NCBI RefSeq assembly: GCF_001194135.2
Contig: NC_068999.1
Coordinates: forward strand, 2,514,935 to 2,578,934
Reading direction: 5' to 3'
Length of the DNA: 64,000 nt
Source: Octopus bimaculoides
Taxonomy: Eukaryota
Under the pieces are notes generated by a model. It was not told the origin of the DNA. It was given only the letters and a program-made list of their open reading frames with translations, and ran no database searches. The translations under genes were made by a program, and so were the position numbers. The first letter of the stretch is position 1. Each line of letters begins with the position of its first letter. Shown here one piece after another: positions 24,975 through 43,200 of the stretch.

Positions 24975-25200
24975 ACTGGCAATCAGTAGAGTCTTTTCTC
25001 TTCAGATCAGCTTTCACCATTTTGTCCTCAGTCTTCTTTGGCCCTCCTCTTCTACAGACTGGAACAGTCATCTTCAAACATATCTCATGCTTGTATCAAC
25101 ATAGTCTCATCTCCTGTACACTACACCTGACTCCGCTTCTATCCGGTCTCTCTCTTGGCTCATTTCTATTCTGGCATTCAAGCATACTGACAAAGCACAT
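24975..25200 (-). mobile_element. Degenerate RTE LINE 3' fragment
   Basis: Minus strand reads ...VRCSVQEMRL...RRGGPKKTEDKMVKADL, a decayed form of RCSVQERRLRW...RGRPRKTW.EVVK.DL. Confidence 0.5.
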
Positions 25201-28200
25201 CTATTAAAGCAAGAGAACTTCGTTTCTTTCAAGTTTTCACAAATTTTTTGCATGCAAGACTCAAGTTACCATGCAGCATTGCAGTTCTAGCACACCACTT
25301 TCATTCTGAGAGAAAAACTTGGTGCCAGCACAGTGACGTAACTAGAGTGTGTGCTGCCACAGCAGTCTTTGAGTTTGCCGCCTCTCTCTCCCAAATATTC
25401 CTGCTACACATATGTATGTATGTACATACGTTTATACAGCAGACCCAAAAATGCCATCCGAGGTGGACCCCACGCCAACACCCAGTTACACCCTAGTCAG
25501 CAATGGTAGTAGCTCCCTGAACTTTTTCCAACCTGTATAGTAACCTGGCTACTTTACTTTCCAAGTAACCATCTCCCCCACCCTATGTCTTCTAGCTAAC
25601 AGAAACTATCGACTACTTCTGGTGAGCCACCTGGGCATTTAAGAGAATCTATGCCAAATCACCCAAAAGTAGAGAAAGAACTGTGAAACAGGTGACATAC
25701 ATTAGTCACCATTTGCATAAAGTTACAAGTAGTTAGTAACCAGCCAAGGCATCATGATGCATTCTGCTTTCACTGTCTCATCAGAATGCTTTTTCCTTTA
25801 GCTTTGTCAGGGTACAACGACTTTCAGAATAACTATTTATTAGTATCATATAATTGACATATGTGGTTGAGTCTCAGAGTTGCAAAACTTTGGTTAACTG
25901 AAATTATCCATGCAATTAGTAAACAAAGTTTCCTAAATGAGGCATTCAAAAATTTAAAAAAAAAAAAAAAAAATTAACACAAGCAAGGGAGATAAATCCA
26001 ATAATATAAGCTAATTTAATGGAAATTAAAAATGTCAGATCAGAGTGGACCTTGTATTTAAAAAGCAAGACAGGATTCATTTGTATCGAATCTCCTCAGT
26101 GAATTTTATCCAACTCAGTTGGCAAGGCATAGAAGTGATTAGTATTTTAAATAGGAATAGAAAGTATTTCCTTTTATTATATCAGTGCATCATACATGTT
26201 GACTGCATGTCTGAATTAATGTACATATACATTCACATTCATTGTGTATAAATGTATGTGCCCACATACAAATATGCATGTCTCTGTGGATTTGTGCGCA
26301 CACACATTCATATATCACAAAACACTGAAGGCACTTGAACAGAAAGAGCCTCTCTGAAGGAATAAGGGTCTCTCTTGGCACAACCAGTCATAATTAAGGC
26401 TTCCATCTCATGAGGCATGAGAACTTTGCAGCCTTTTGATGCAACTAAACTTCATAGGTACCCCTACTTTTAGTTGCAGATTGTAAGGAGACACAACAGA
26501 TGGCTGAATGGAGGCTAGGATAAACTCAGAAGCATTTCTTGAGATGTGTTCATTATTATACATTTTTTTTTTATCTAGACACATCCATTCCTTAAAAGAA
26601 AGCGCTATTAAGTGTGATTCTCATATTGGAAGAAAGAAATCTTTGAGGCCTGCTCTCAAAGTCATTAGCCAGTGTATCCTTGAGAATGATTGGCAGAGTT
26701 TGCCTGAAATCACCAGAGAAAAAACTGTGACTCCAGCCGAGTTGTAATTTGTGATAGGGATCTGCCAATGCAGTCTTTGAGACATTGTGCAGTCACCTGA
26801 TACTTTCAGTTTGGATTGCTTTGAAACCTCTGATTTCTTAATACTGCACATATGACTGTTACTGTAGCTCAAGCGGCAGCTTAAAAAACAGAATGACGTC
26901 AGTGCTGCCACCTGTGAACAAAGCTGCAACAACTCCAAATGAGGACACTGCAATAATATTTGAGTGATTAAACTTTGGTCCAAATTAGGTTGAGCAAAAA
27001 TGCTTTACCAATTCCATTAGAAGCATCAAGGGAAAGTACTCCTCTTCACTGAGATATCATTAATTGTTTGATCTTTGTATTAGTCTTTTTTTTTCTATAA
27101 ATATATCTGGAACCACATACACACACACATTAATATAATGGTACCAACTGTAGAAGCAATCACGTAAAATTTTTTCTTAAGTATATGAAAATTTAAATTG
27201 GATCACATACATAAACAGACTCAAGATTGTGTTCTCATTAAAGTACATTTGAGAGTAGCAGAATAAACTTAAGGTCAATAACAGAGTAAATACAAATTAA
27301 CTGTAATAATCAGTACAATTATACTGGTAGCCTAATATTTTTTTTTGTACCTAATGAAGATTCCATCACAAAAGCAGAATTTCCTTTTCAGAACCAGAAA
27401 ATACTTCAGTCCTTAACAGCTACTAACCCTTTCCAGACATTATGCCTTTCATAAGGGTGTTGTTTTCACACATGAAACAGTTCACCAATCACACACACAC
27501 ACACACACATATATTCTTGGTCATATCTAAAAGCCATTATATGGTGGTGAGCTGGCAGAATCGGTTCCATGCTTAGTAGCATTCCATCAGTCAATTACGT
27601 TCTGAGCTCAAATTCGACCAAGGTTGGCTTTTCCTTTCATGGTTGATAAAATAAGTCCCAGTTGAGCATTGGGGTTAATGTAATTGACTAGCCCCTACTC
27701 CCACACCTGAAATTGCTGGCCTTGTGCCAAAACTGGAAACCAATATCTAAAAGCTGTAAAGTTAACCTTCATTCATTTATACTCTCGAACTACTGTGCCT
27801 TCTTCCTGTCTTCTACAACAATCTCTGCTCCTCTTATTTCATCCTTCTATACATTCAACACTGCCCAATCCTTTTCTTGAACTACTTCCTCTAAAACTAG
27901 CACCACTAACCATCAATATTTTAAATTGATATCAACTTTATCCTCACCTTTATTACAGACAACATAATTTAAAAATTGAGTAACATTTCAAAAGCAACTT
28001 GTGAAAAAACAATGGCTGACAATTCTCAATAAGTTCTTAAGAATGAAGAATTTTCCTTATGAGAGAGTTCTCCCAAGAAGTATGTTCCAGATAAAAAAAA
28101 AAAAAAAAATGAAATTCTCCACTATCTATTCTATTTCTGTGATTATCATTAAAAAAGCAGTATAGCTTGAATTGATAAATTTAAGGATGTTTTACCATAA

Positions 28201-29697
28201 CATAGCTATGTAATATTTCTGTTTTGATAGCCAGACAAGAGAAACTGCTCTTATTTTCATCAGGATAGAATAAGTAATTATGTTGGAATTATACCAATGT
28301 ACACACTCCCCTTTTCACAGAACAGGCTCTATAATTACTAAAGAGAAATCATAAACTGAAAAAAAATAAATAAATAAAATAAATGGAAAAACTGCAATTT
28401 GCAATGTCATTTTCATTATAGAATAAAATTCTTTATTAAAACAAGTTGTTTAGTCAAAGACTATAAAGTTCAGTGTTAGACTTTTCAATATTACAAAAGC
28501 TCAATTGAAGCAATTTAAATACTGAACATAATTGTATTTATTAAAAAAAAAAAACTACTAATAAATAATAATAATTATAATAATAATGAGCCAAGCAGTA
28601 GTTAACCATTAACTGGAAAGTTTGGTGAAATTGAACCATAATTTGGAATCCAAAGAATTTTGTATGTAACAAGAATAATAACTAAGAATCTACTAAACAT
28701 ATTCTGTTAAAAATATAGAATTGAAATTAAGACAGTTTTAATTTACAAGTTAGCTTCAGCTTCTGAGCTATACACCTCTCTCAGGGCCAAACTATTTGAG
28801 TATAATCAAACATACAATCAGCATGTAATTTGGTCCCTTGTTGAGTGAGAAACAGCTGTTGTAGTTGAAAATATCACCAAACTAAAGAGGATCAAGTATT
28901 GTGAAAAACAATACTTTATTAGTGGAAGACAAACAAACATCATAAAAAAAAAAAAAAAGAAGGGGGAAAAAATATAAGCATTACAGAAACTCTTTCAATG
29001 AAAAGGGTGAAGAGGTGCCAGAAATAAGTGAAAATGGTGCAGAGCTGAATAGGAGAGATTTGATAAATGGAAAAAATGTAACTGTGGTGCTGTTTGTACC
29101 GTTTCCATTGCTAAGGATCTTGGAAAAGGTAAATGCTATTCCTTGTTATTTTCTGCATCCTAAACCTCTCAGGTGTTATCCCTATTTACAAAATTTGACA
29201 ATTCCGAAGAAATAATATTTAATGTAAATAAAATTTAAATGGAGTAAGTAAATTACGAAAACTCAATTCTAAAAACTGTATCAAACAATTTTATCATCCT
29301 TATTTGTAGCTCCAGCAAATGGTTTTCTAACCATTTTATTAAAGCTAACAGATGTGATATGCTTATAGTTCACTAAATGGGTGAAATTAATTTTATATTA
29401 AAATAAAACATTTTTGTTTAAGACAATGTGATGAAGTAATTTATTTTCACATTTTAATATATTTAAATAAATTTTATCAAAAGACACATGTCTTTAGAAA
29501 ATAAAATTGTAAACGAGAAAAAAAATATATTATATGGTATGAAATGATTTCTGGAACAGCCTATAGAGAACATCATTTTTGAGGAGATGCCCTGGAAGGA
29601 ATATATTTTTCTTCACTTTCAAAATAAGCTGCCCAGCATAATCAAAATCCATATGGCATCCTTTCAAACAGATTGGTCAAATATCTTCATTGATTTA

Positions 29698-34875
<5,178 letters not shown>

Positions 34876-35322
34876 ATTCTCCTCTACCAACTCCAAACGT
34901 TGAGAAAATAGAAAAACACAGAGAGAGAGAGAGATGTCTTCGAGGGAGGAAATAAAAGTGGCAGACTTTCCTTTTTCGCTGCTCGGTTCAAGGGGTCAGT
35001 ATTTGAAAATCAAATGGAATTGGTGAAAGCCAGGCTAAGTTTGGCGAATGTTGTTCAAGATTTCACAGAAAACCCACAGCTGAACGACGTCGTGGATGGT
35101 TTTAGTGAGCGAGGGGGAGAGAGAGAAGGAAGAGGGAGAGAGAGACGTGGTAAGAGAAACGAGAGAGGAGCACGGAAGAAAGTGTGACGTTGAAAGAGAA
35201 ATGCGGAGGGTTGAGGACTGGTGAAGAGAAAAAGGAAGAGTGAGAGAGAAAGAAAGAAAGTTGAAGGTGAGGGAAATATAGATAGAGTAAGAGGAAAAGA
35301 AGTGGGGAAGCGAGAGATAATG

Positions 35323-35330
35323 CCACGTCA
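35323..35330 (-). promoter_or_regulatory. UPRE (TGACGTGG) upstream of SERP1
   Basis: The plus strand GCCACGTCA reads TGACGTGGC on the SERP1 strand, about 450 bp upstream of the ATG. Exact UPRE consensus. Confidence 0.5.
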
Positions 35331-35513
35331 CAATATTTGGCAAAGTAAAACAACAAATCCTTTCTAACCGACATTATNNNNNNNNNNNNNNNNNNNNNNN
35401 NNNNNNNNNNNNNNNNNNNNNNNNNNNNNNNNNNNNNNNNNNNNNNNNNNNNNNNNNNNNNNNNNNNNNNNNNNNNNNNNNNNNNNNNNNNNNNNNNNNN
35501 NNNNNNNNNNNNN

Positions 35514-35544
<31 letters not shown>

Positions 35545-35863
35545 GATACATGCGTACAGATATGTATTCGTTGTAAGATTCATTTGAATCAAAGTATTTT
35601 AACATTCAGGACACCAAGAAAGATTCCAGCTCAGCACATACGTGTATATATCATACAAACACATCCATATACACACGAACGTATCCATAGATTTACATAT
35701 ATATATTGTACACGCACACATACATACACATATACAATAGACATGCAAGTGTATCCCCATGCACACACGCATGTTCATTCACGATCCAACGTAAGTTCCA
35801 GATCCAAAATAGGGAAGGTTTCATATGTTTTGTTTGTATAAAATAATAACACAAATGGGTTAA

Positions 35864-36174
35864 AGATTCACTATAGCTGTTTCAGACGCAATTAATATTG
35901 ATTAATACTTCGATTACATCAGGAAAAAAAAAAAAACTTCTTTACGGCGATTAAAAATTTGGTTCTGACAAAAGTCTTCTCAGTTAGGCATCATTGAAGA
36001 AAGTCTCTCTTCTCTCTTCAGTGATGTCGAACTGGGAGGATCGATCCACATCTTGCGGTATCTTTTTGTCAGAACCAAATTTTTAATCACCTGAAAGAAA
36101 ACGGTTTTTTTTTTAACGATGTAATCGAACTTATTGATCAATAAAAATGCATGTGAAACAGCCGCAGTGAACCT
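35864..36174. mobile_element. Non-autonomous DNA transposon (Kolobok-like), about 110-bp TIRs, TTAA target-site duplication
   Basis: ttaa|AGATTCAC...GTGAACCT|ttaa; arms about 35864-35974 and 36063-36174 are reverse complements. TTAA TSD with purine-purine termini is the Kolobok signature. Confidence 0.65.
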
Positions 36175-36741
36175 TTAAACCTTTTGTGTTCCTATTCTGG
36201 GCAAGTGCCTTCTACTATAGCCTTGAGTCGACCAAAGCCCTGTGAGTGGGATTTGGTAGACGGAAACTGAAAGTACTAGGCTTACAAAGAATAAGTTTTG
36301 GGATCGATTTGCTCGACTAAAGGCGGTGCTCCAGCATGGCCGCAGTCAAAATGACTGAAACAAAGAATAAACGAATATATATTATATATTTAATATATTT
36401 TTATATTATACATTTAGATAAAGATAGATCTGACCGGTTTATGGAGTTACCCTGGGTTTCACGTCTATAAAGCACTTAGCTTTACAGCATTTCTTCAGAT
36501 CCTAGGCTTATGGCCTCTCCATCTTTTACCTTTTACTTGTTTCAATCACTGAACTGCAACAATGCTAGGCCACCATCTTCAAGGGTTTAGTCAAACAAAC
36601 CACTCCCCTCCCTGGTACTTATTCTATCAATCTCTCTTTTGCCAAACCTCATATTTATGAGGACATAAACCAACAGTTGTCAAGTCATGGTGGAGGGGAG
36701 GACAAACACAAAGGTATATATACATAGATACACACACACAG

Positions 36742-37083
36742 GCTCTATACAGAGAGGCCATTAGAAAGGTTAGGATTGGCAATAAGTATAGTGAAGAATT
36801 CCGGGTAGAAGTAGGGGTCCACCAAGGATCAGCCCTCAGTCTCCTTTTATTCATCATAGTCCTCCAGGCAATAACAGAGGAATTTAAGATGGGTTGCCCC
36901 TGGGAGCTCCTCTATGCTGATGACCTGACCCTCATAGCAGAATCACTACCAGAACTAGAGAAGAAATTTTGTGTGTGGAAGCAAGGTTTAGAATCAAAAG
37001 GCCTTAGAGTCAATGTAGCAAAGACCAAAGTTCTAGTAAGTAGGAAGGCAAACTCACCCCCAACCTCAGGTAGGAGGAGATAA
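36742..37083 (+). mobile_element. RTE-clade LINE reverse-transcriptase fragment
   Basis: Translates VEVGVHQGSALSLLLFIIVL...PWELLYADDL...GLRVNVAKTKVL, containing the RT QG and YADD motifs. Confidence 0.9.
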
Positions 37084-39639
37084 GAGGGTATAAAAGAGGT
37101 ACAGGGAATAGGAGAGATGTGTAGGCAGAGAAGAGGCAATATAGGGTGTACATTACTCCATTATTTTAACAAATATTTCACCAAGCTGGCAGAGAAATTT
37201 GGGTCTTCTGCAGCTCTGTATATCAGCAGCAGACAAAGTGTGTGTATGTGTCTATGTACTTGTGTGAATATGTCTCTCTCTCTCTCCATCCCCCCTCTCT
37301 ATTTTATGTATATATGTGTGTGTAAATATATAATGGAGAAGTATATATATATCACATAAAGTTTGGCTGTGTGGTAAGAAGCTTGCTTCTGAACCATGTG
37401 GTTCTGGGTTCAGTCCCACTGCATGGCACCTTGGGCAGGGGTATTTTCTACTATAGTTTTGGGCCAACCAAAGCTTTGTGAGTGGATTTGGCAGCCCTTC
37501 AATATTTCCCTCACTTTAATGGAAACACGATGTAAACCACAGTCTACGGACATATCTCCTGAGAGTGACTTTATTTACTTACCACAGGATGGATTATAAC
37601 AACACCTTAAAATGAAGTTCTTACCTTTCCTTACCACGTCTATTACATTATATCATTTTTATTTTTTATTTTTACCTATTTTACTCTATCTTATCTTATT
37701 TCACCCTACTCTATTATTCTGAGTGCAAAGGTTTATTTTTGGCTAAATACAGCTCTTGCAGCACCCTACCAAGAATATAGCATCAATAGTGTTTCTTCCT
37801 GGCACAAAATCAAACTGCATCTCATCTGGGCTAATTCATTTTTTAATTATTTGACCTATGACCCTGTTTCCTTCTTACTTCATAATCTCCCTCGTTTTGG
37901 TTGTGTCTTGTGACCATTTGGTTGGGAAGCAGGCTTTTTAACCACACAGCCATGCATGTTCCTATTCTGTCAATCAAGTTGGCATAGAATTCCAGAAACT
38001 GTCATTAAAACCATTTCCAGTTTATATTAATCTCATTTGTGGATATAAAGAATTGAAAACATTTATGTTACACTTTGATTTGTTTTGATTTTTGTTTGGC
38101 ACTATCTTTTGTTTTTTACTTGTTTTAGTCATTGAATTGTGGCCATGCTGAAGCACTGTATTGAAGGGTTTTAGTTGAGTGAATTGAACCCCAGTACTTA
38201 CTCTTTTAAAGCCTGATACTTCTTCTATTGGTTTCTTTTGCTAAACCACTAAGTTACGGGGGACATAAACAACCAACACCTGGTTGTCAAGCAGAAGTGG
38301 AGGACAAAGGCACACACACACACACACACACACGAGAGGAACAAAAGTCATGCACTGTTGAAGTGGTCAGCTGCCCAACAGATGTGAATGTGCGATCAAA
38401 AGTTCAAGTAAAAGAGAACATTTATGGCAAATAAATGTGGAACTTACAGCTCTTGTATCCTGACTATAAATTCTCATTTGTACCTGTCATCTCAGGTGTA
38501 TTAGGTTATATTCCAACAAATTTACACAAAAACCTTGAAGTGCTAGTTTTTTTCAGAGAAAGAACAAAAGAAACTGACATAGATTCTTGTATTCCAATCT
38601 ATTAATGGCAAATGGAAGATTTGTAAGACATTCCAAAGATTCTCCATCTGAGATTCTTTTGGTGAATAGAGGCACACACTTGGATGTATGCATCGACAGC
38701 TCAACCAACACACCAACTCAGCCACATATCAGGAATTCTCTTAACTCTTCAAGTCTTGTCACTTTGTTAGCATCCGGCTTGAACTTTTTAAAGAACTTGA
38801 ATAAAACTCAAGAAAAAAAAGTACATACATGACAGGCTTCCCCTCTACTAAAACAGCTTACAAGGCTTTGGTCAGCCTGAGAATATAGCAGAAGACATTT
38901 GCCCAAGGTGCTACACCATGAGATTGAACCCAGGGCCATGTGGTTGGGAAGCAAACTTCCCACTACATGCTCACTCTTGTGCCTATATACATATTGAGGA
39001 ATTAAAAAAACAAAAAAAACTAATAACAACTGGAGAGGTTCCAACAAAAGTATAATTCTATTAGCAAGAATTCATGTCAGACATTGTATTTTGAGCTAAT
39101 CCTTTAACACTAAATGCAGTTGATATATTAACTTAAATCTTTTTATTCTCTAAACGATTATATTTTCCTGTGGCAATAAATGTGCAATGCTGGATATTTA
39201 TTCTTTGACTTATTTCAGGCTTTGAATTGGAGCAGTGCTGATGTACCACCTTGAAGGGTGCAGTAAATGAAATTAGCTCCTGTGCATATTGCCAGTCTCT
39301 CTCTTTTTTTTTTCTTTTGAACTCAGTAGTATTTGTGCCATTACTTTGGTAAAGTGAAGGCTGAATTTTAGAGATGAGGTTAGAATAAGGTCAAAACTTT
39401 GTCAGAGTTGTCACCCTTAGAAGCTGGAAAAAAGGAAAATACAATTAGCTGTGGATCGATATCGATTTTAATTTTGTTTCATCTCACAACATATATATTC
39501 CTAGTTAGCTTTTTAATGCTCTTTGCATTAAATACGTAAATAAGAACATATCTATGACTTCAAGAGTTAACAACATGACAAACTGCAAGTCTAATTCTAT
39601 AACAATAGCGTAGATAGTCTGCGGAAGTTTAATTGTCTA

Positions 39640-39780
39640 CATGGAGCGCCGCCTAGCCAAGGGAGATAACCTACTTACAGGAAAGCCCTCTTGCCAGCCT
39701 TTTAAAGTCAAGCTGGGTAAGAACTGACTAGTCACGTGAATTCTCGTTTCTTTTCACGTTACGAGGGAACAAGATGGCGA
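39640..39780 (+). promoter_or_regulatory. EIF2A proximal promoter: E-box GTCACGTGA (39731-39739) and YY1-like AAGATGGCG over the start codon
   Basis: Motifs read directly in a locally GC-richer stretch just upstream of exon 1. Confidence 0.4.
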
Positions 39781-40227
39781 TGCCCATACCTAACTTGGCA
39801 TGTGAGTCGAACATATTTCAGTTTTCACTTGAATATAGAATAATAATAATAGTATATATATAGGTTTGTGTGCGTGTAATGTTGAGTATAATTCCTTGTT
39901 TAAAATTTTGTCAATCAATCGTGATAATTAAATCGGTGCACTTTGAACAATGATTCTTGTAGTTGCTGGAGAATTTATTCGGTTATGTTCTATTGTCAAA
40001 ATATAATTAAATCATTGATGTATAATATTTACACAATATCTGGTAATAATTACATATCAGTGATAAGGCTTGTTTAGGCTTTCTATCGATTTCTTAGATA
40101 CGAATTCTTCTAGAAGAGAAACATTCAGATTATATGACGTTGATGTCATCTCAGTGCTATTAGCTAATTAATTGAACTTAAATGTCTACAGATGCGAAGA
40201 GAAATTGGTTTGAAGAACGTTCGTCTG

Positions 40228-40264
<37 letters not shown>

Positions 40265-43200
40265 NNNNNNNNNNNNNNNNNNNNNNNNNNNNNNNNNNNN
40301 NNNNNNNNNNNNNNNNNNNNNNNNNNNNNNNNNNNNNNNNNNNNNNNNNNNNNNNNNNNNNNNNNNNNNNNNNNNNNNNNNNNNNNNNNNNNNNNNNNNN
40401 NNNNNNNNNNNNNNNNNNNNNNNNNNNNNNNNNNNNNNNNNNNNNNNNNNNNNNNNNNNNNNNNNNNNNNNNTTTTAATGATTCGAGATTTTATTTAGAT
40501 ATCTCAAGTTTATTTAGAAACGTGGTCAAGTTGTCGAATTTGTACGTAAATAACTACCTCCAGTACAAAACGGTCGGGACCACGTAAAAACGATTTGTCA
40601 CATTCTAATAAATCACCATTTTTCACAATTGAATATTAAGATTAATTGAACTGAGTTAATTCCCAACATAAGACATATTTTTTTTAGACATAAAGTAATG
40701 CACTTCAGAATTTTTATAGTCATTCGGTGACTCCACACGTTTTATATAATACTTTATGCGCTAATAAGGAACCTGTGATTACTAATTACACCGAATTAAT
40801 TATTGTTTAATAGTATATTTTATTAACAACGTAGCACCACACTTTGCAGGCATTGAGTAACTGCAGCATGTCATTCTTATATGGTCCTGTTCGTTTTATG
40901 CTGGAGGTCGTCGTTAATCAACTGACACATGTCTAGTAAAATTCCTATTAGTTGATTACACGGTCAGTGCCATATGTTACTTGCAGCCAATAGTATTCTC
41001 GTAAGTTTAAACCTTTTAAGTTAGCAATGTGTAGAATTGGTAAATGGGTTGTAAAACTAAGATATAATTTATATCTAACCCGCGTTAGATATTTGGCCGT
41101 GCATGGAACATGATTGACCAGTAACTTTCAGATTGGAATCACAGTGTTTGATGTTCACAAATACTTGCTCTCATTTTCGTAACTTAAATCAATGCCTTAA
41201 AACAATTCTGAGTTTAGAAAGATAACATAAATGAAATTTCATTTTACAGTGCGTGGATCAGATGGTGTTTGGGTTCTTCAAGGTTCCCCTAACAAAACCA
41301 AAGAAGTGTTTCGAGGGTAAGTTTTAATTTGACCTTTTTTTATTTAACAGTTGTCGCATATATTAACATTTATAGTGTTCAAGCATGTTTGTGTTTTAAA
41401 TATTTTATAAGGACACACACATATCTGAAATTAAGGTACTGCCCTACTGAAGATATGATTGGAAGTTAAGATCTTGTTGTGGCAATAATACAGGGTGGGG
41501 CATAAAGATCTTCCACATTGTGAATGAATGTAAAAAGAAAACACAACCATCCAAGAAAAAATTTATTATCTTTCTGAAATATCCGCCTTCCATGCTGGTA
41601 TGGGTAGGACGGTTTGACAGGAGATTTCTGTGACTGTTTTGGCAGGATTTTTACAGCTGGATGCCCTTCCTAACACTCATCACCCAGCAGAGTGGACTTG
41701 ATGAACTGAAAATAAATGAAACTTACTGTTTTCAGTGGAATGGTTACATACAGGAAGGGAAACCAAGCAGAAAAACAGATTTCTACCTCATTTTATAAGC
41801 ATTGAGTGTAAAACTTATGCTTAGCATTATAAATTTGTAAAATAGATTTAAATCAAAATGAAATACAAATTCAACTTGAAGAAGTTTTGAGAGTGCACAT
41901 ATCAACACCAGTTTGTTACTATGTAGATTTACTCTTTTATGTTTTTGATTCCAGTGCTGAAAATTTGGATAAGATTTTTCCCTCTATGAATGCATTCTAT
42001 TTTTATTCAGGGATTGCAAAACAGAATGTCGTGCCATGGCTTTCTCTATGAATGGGCAATATTTTGCCTGGAGTGATGAAGATGGGTAAGAATTTAACCA
42101 TTAATTGGCTTTGGATAAATTTATTACTGTCAAATCTTATGTAACTATTTTGCAATTTAAGATAGATTTCAATATTTTATTGTACCTGTTTAGGGACTAA
42201 GAATAAAGAAGCAATTTCTTCTTTTCATTCTAACCTGATGATAACGTGAACTTGTTTCAGTATATTCTTCACTACAAATCCTGTAAATTATTCCTTGTCT
42301 TCACCTCTCATTTTTGCTAACCGTGTGACTGCAGTTAATGGAAGTGGCTGTCTCACTTACTCCAGCTCCCTCTCTCCTCTCTCACACTCCCTTTCTTTCA
42401 CCCCCTCCCCAATAACCTAAAGTGTAATGTGCGAACGAACGACCAAGCAGAATTATAATATAGATTTGTTTTAATTTCAGTATCAAAGTTATGAAAACCA
42501 GCAACTATGAAAAAGTGATGGCAATTGAGAAGTCCAGAATATCTGGACTTGCATTTTCCCCTCTTGGGACATACCTCATATCTGCTGATATCTCAAGTAA
42601 GCATACATTGGTTTGTGTGTCTATATCCACCCGTGTACATACATTTGCAAATGATAATTTAAAGTATCTTGTTTGATATGGATTCCTTTTAACAGCTAGT
42701 TTTTTGACTTTATTAATTGCAGGTCAAAAGAAAGATGTTCCTAACCTGTGTATTTGGGAAACAGCCACAGGTAAATTGTTGAAAGGATTCTTCCATAAAA
42801 GGATGTCTGATTGGTAAGTTTGAATTGCATTAATACTCATCTTCATCAGCATCATCACCATCGTCTAATGTCTGTTTTCCATGCTGGCATGGGTTGGATG
42901 GTTTGACAGGAGCTGGCCAGCCAGTGGGGCTATCCAGACTCCAGTTGTCTGTTTTGGCATGGTTTCTATGGCTGGATGCCTTTCCTAACATGAACCACAT
43001 TACAGAGTGTGCTGGGTGCTTTTTGCATGCCACCGGTATGGATGTGTTTACACAACACCAGCACAAGTGCATTTCACATGGTACTGGCATGAGTGTGCTT
43101 TACACGATACTGGCATCAGTGCATTTTATAAGGTACCAGCACCTGCAAAGGACATGCCTGTTAATGAGATTTTAGAGACATGCCTAGATTGTTAATGAGA

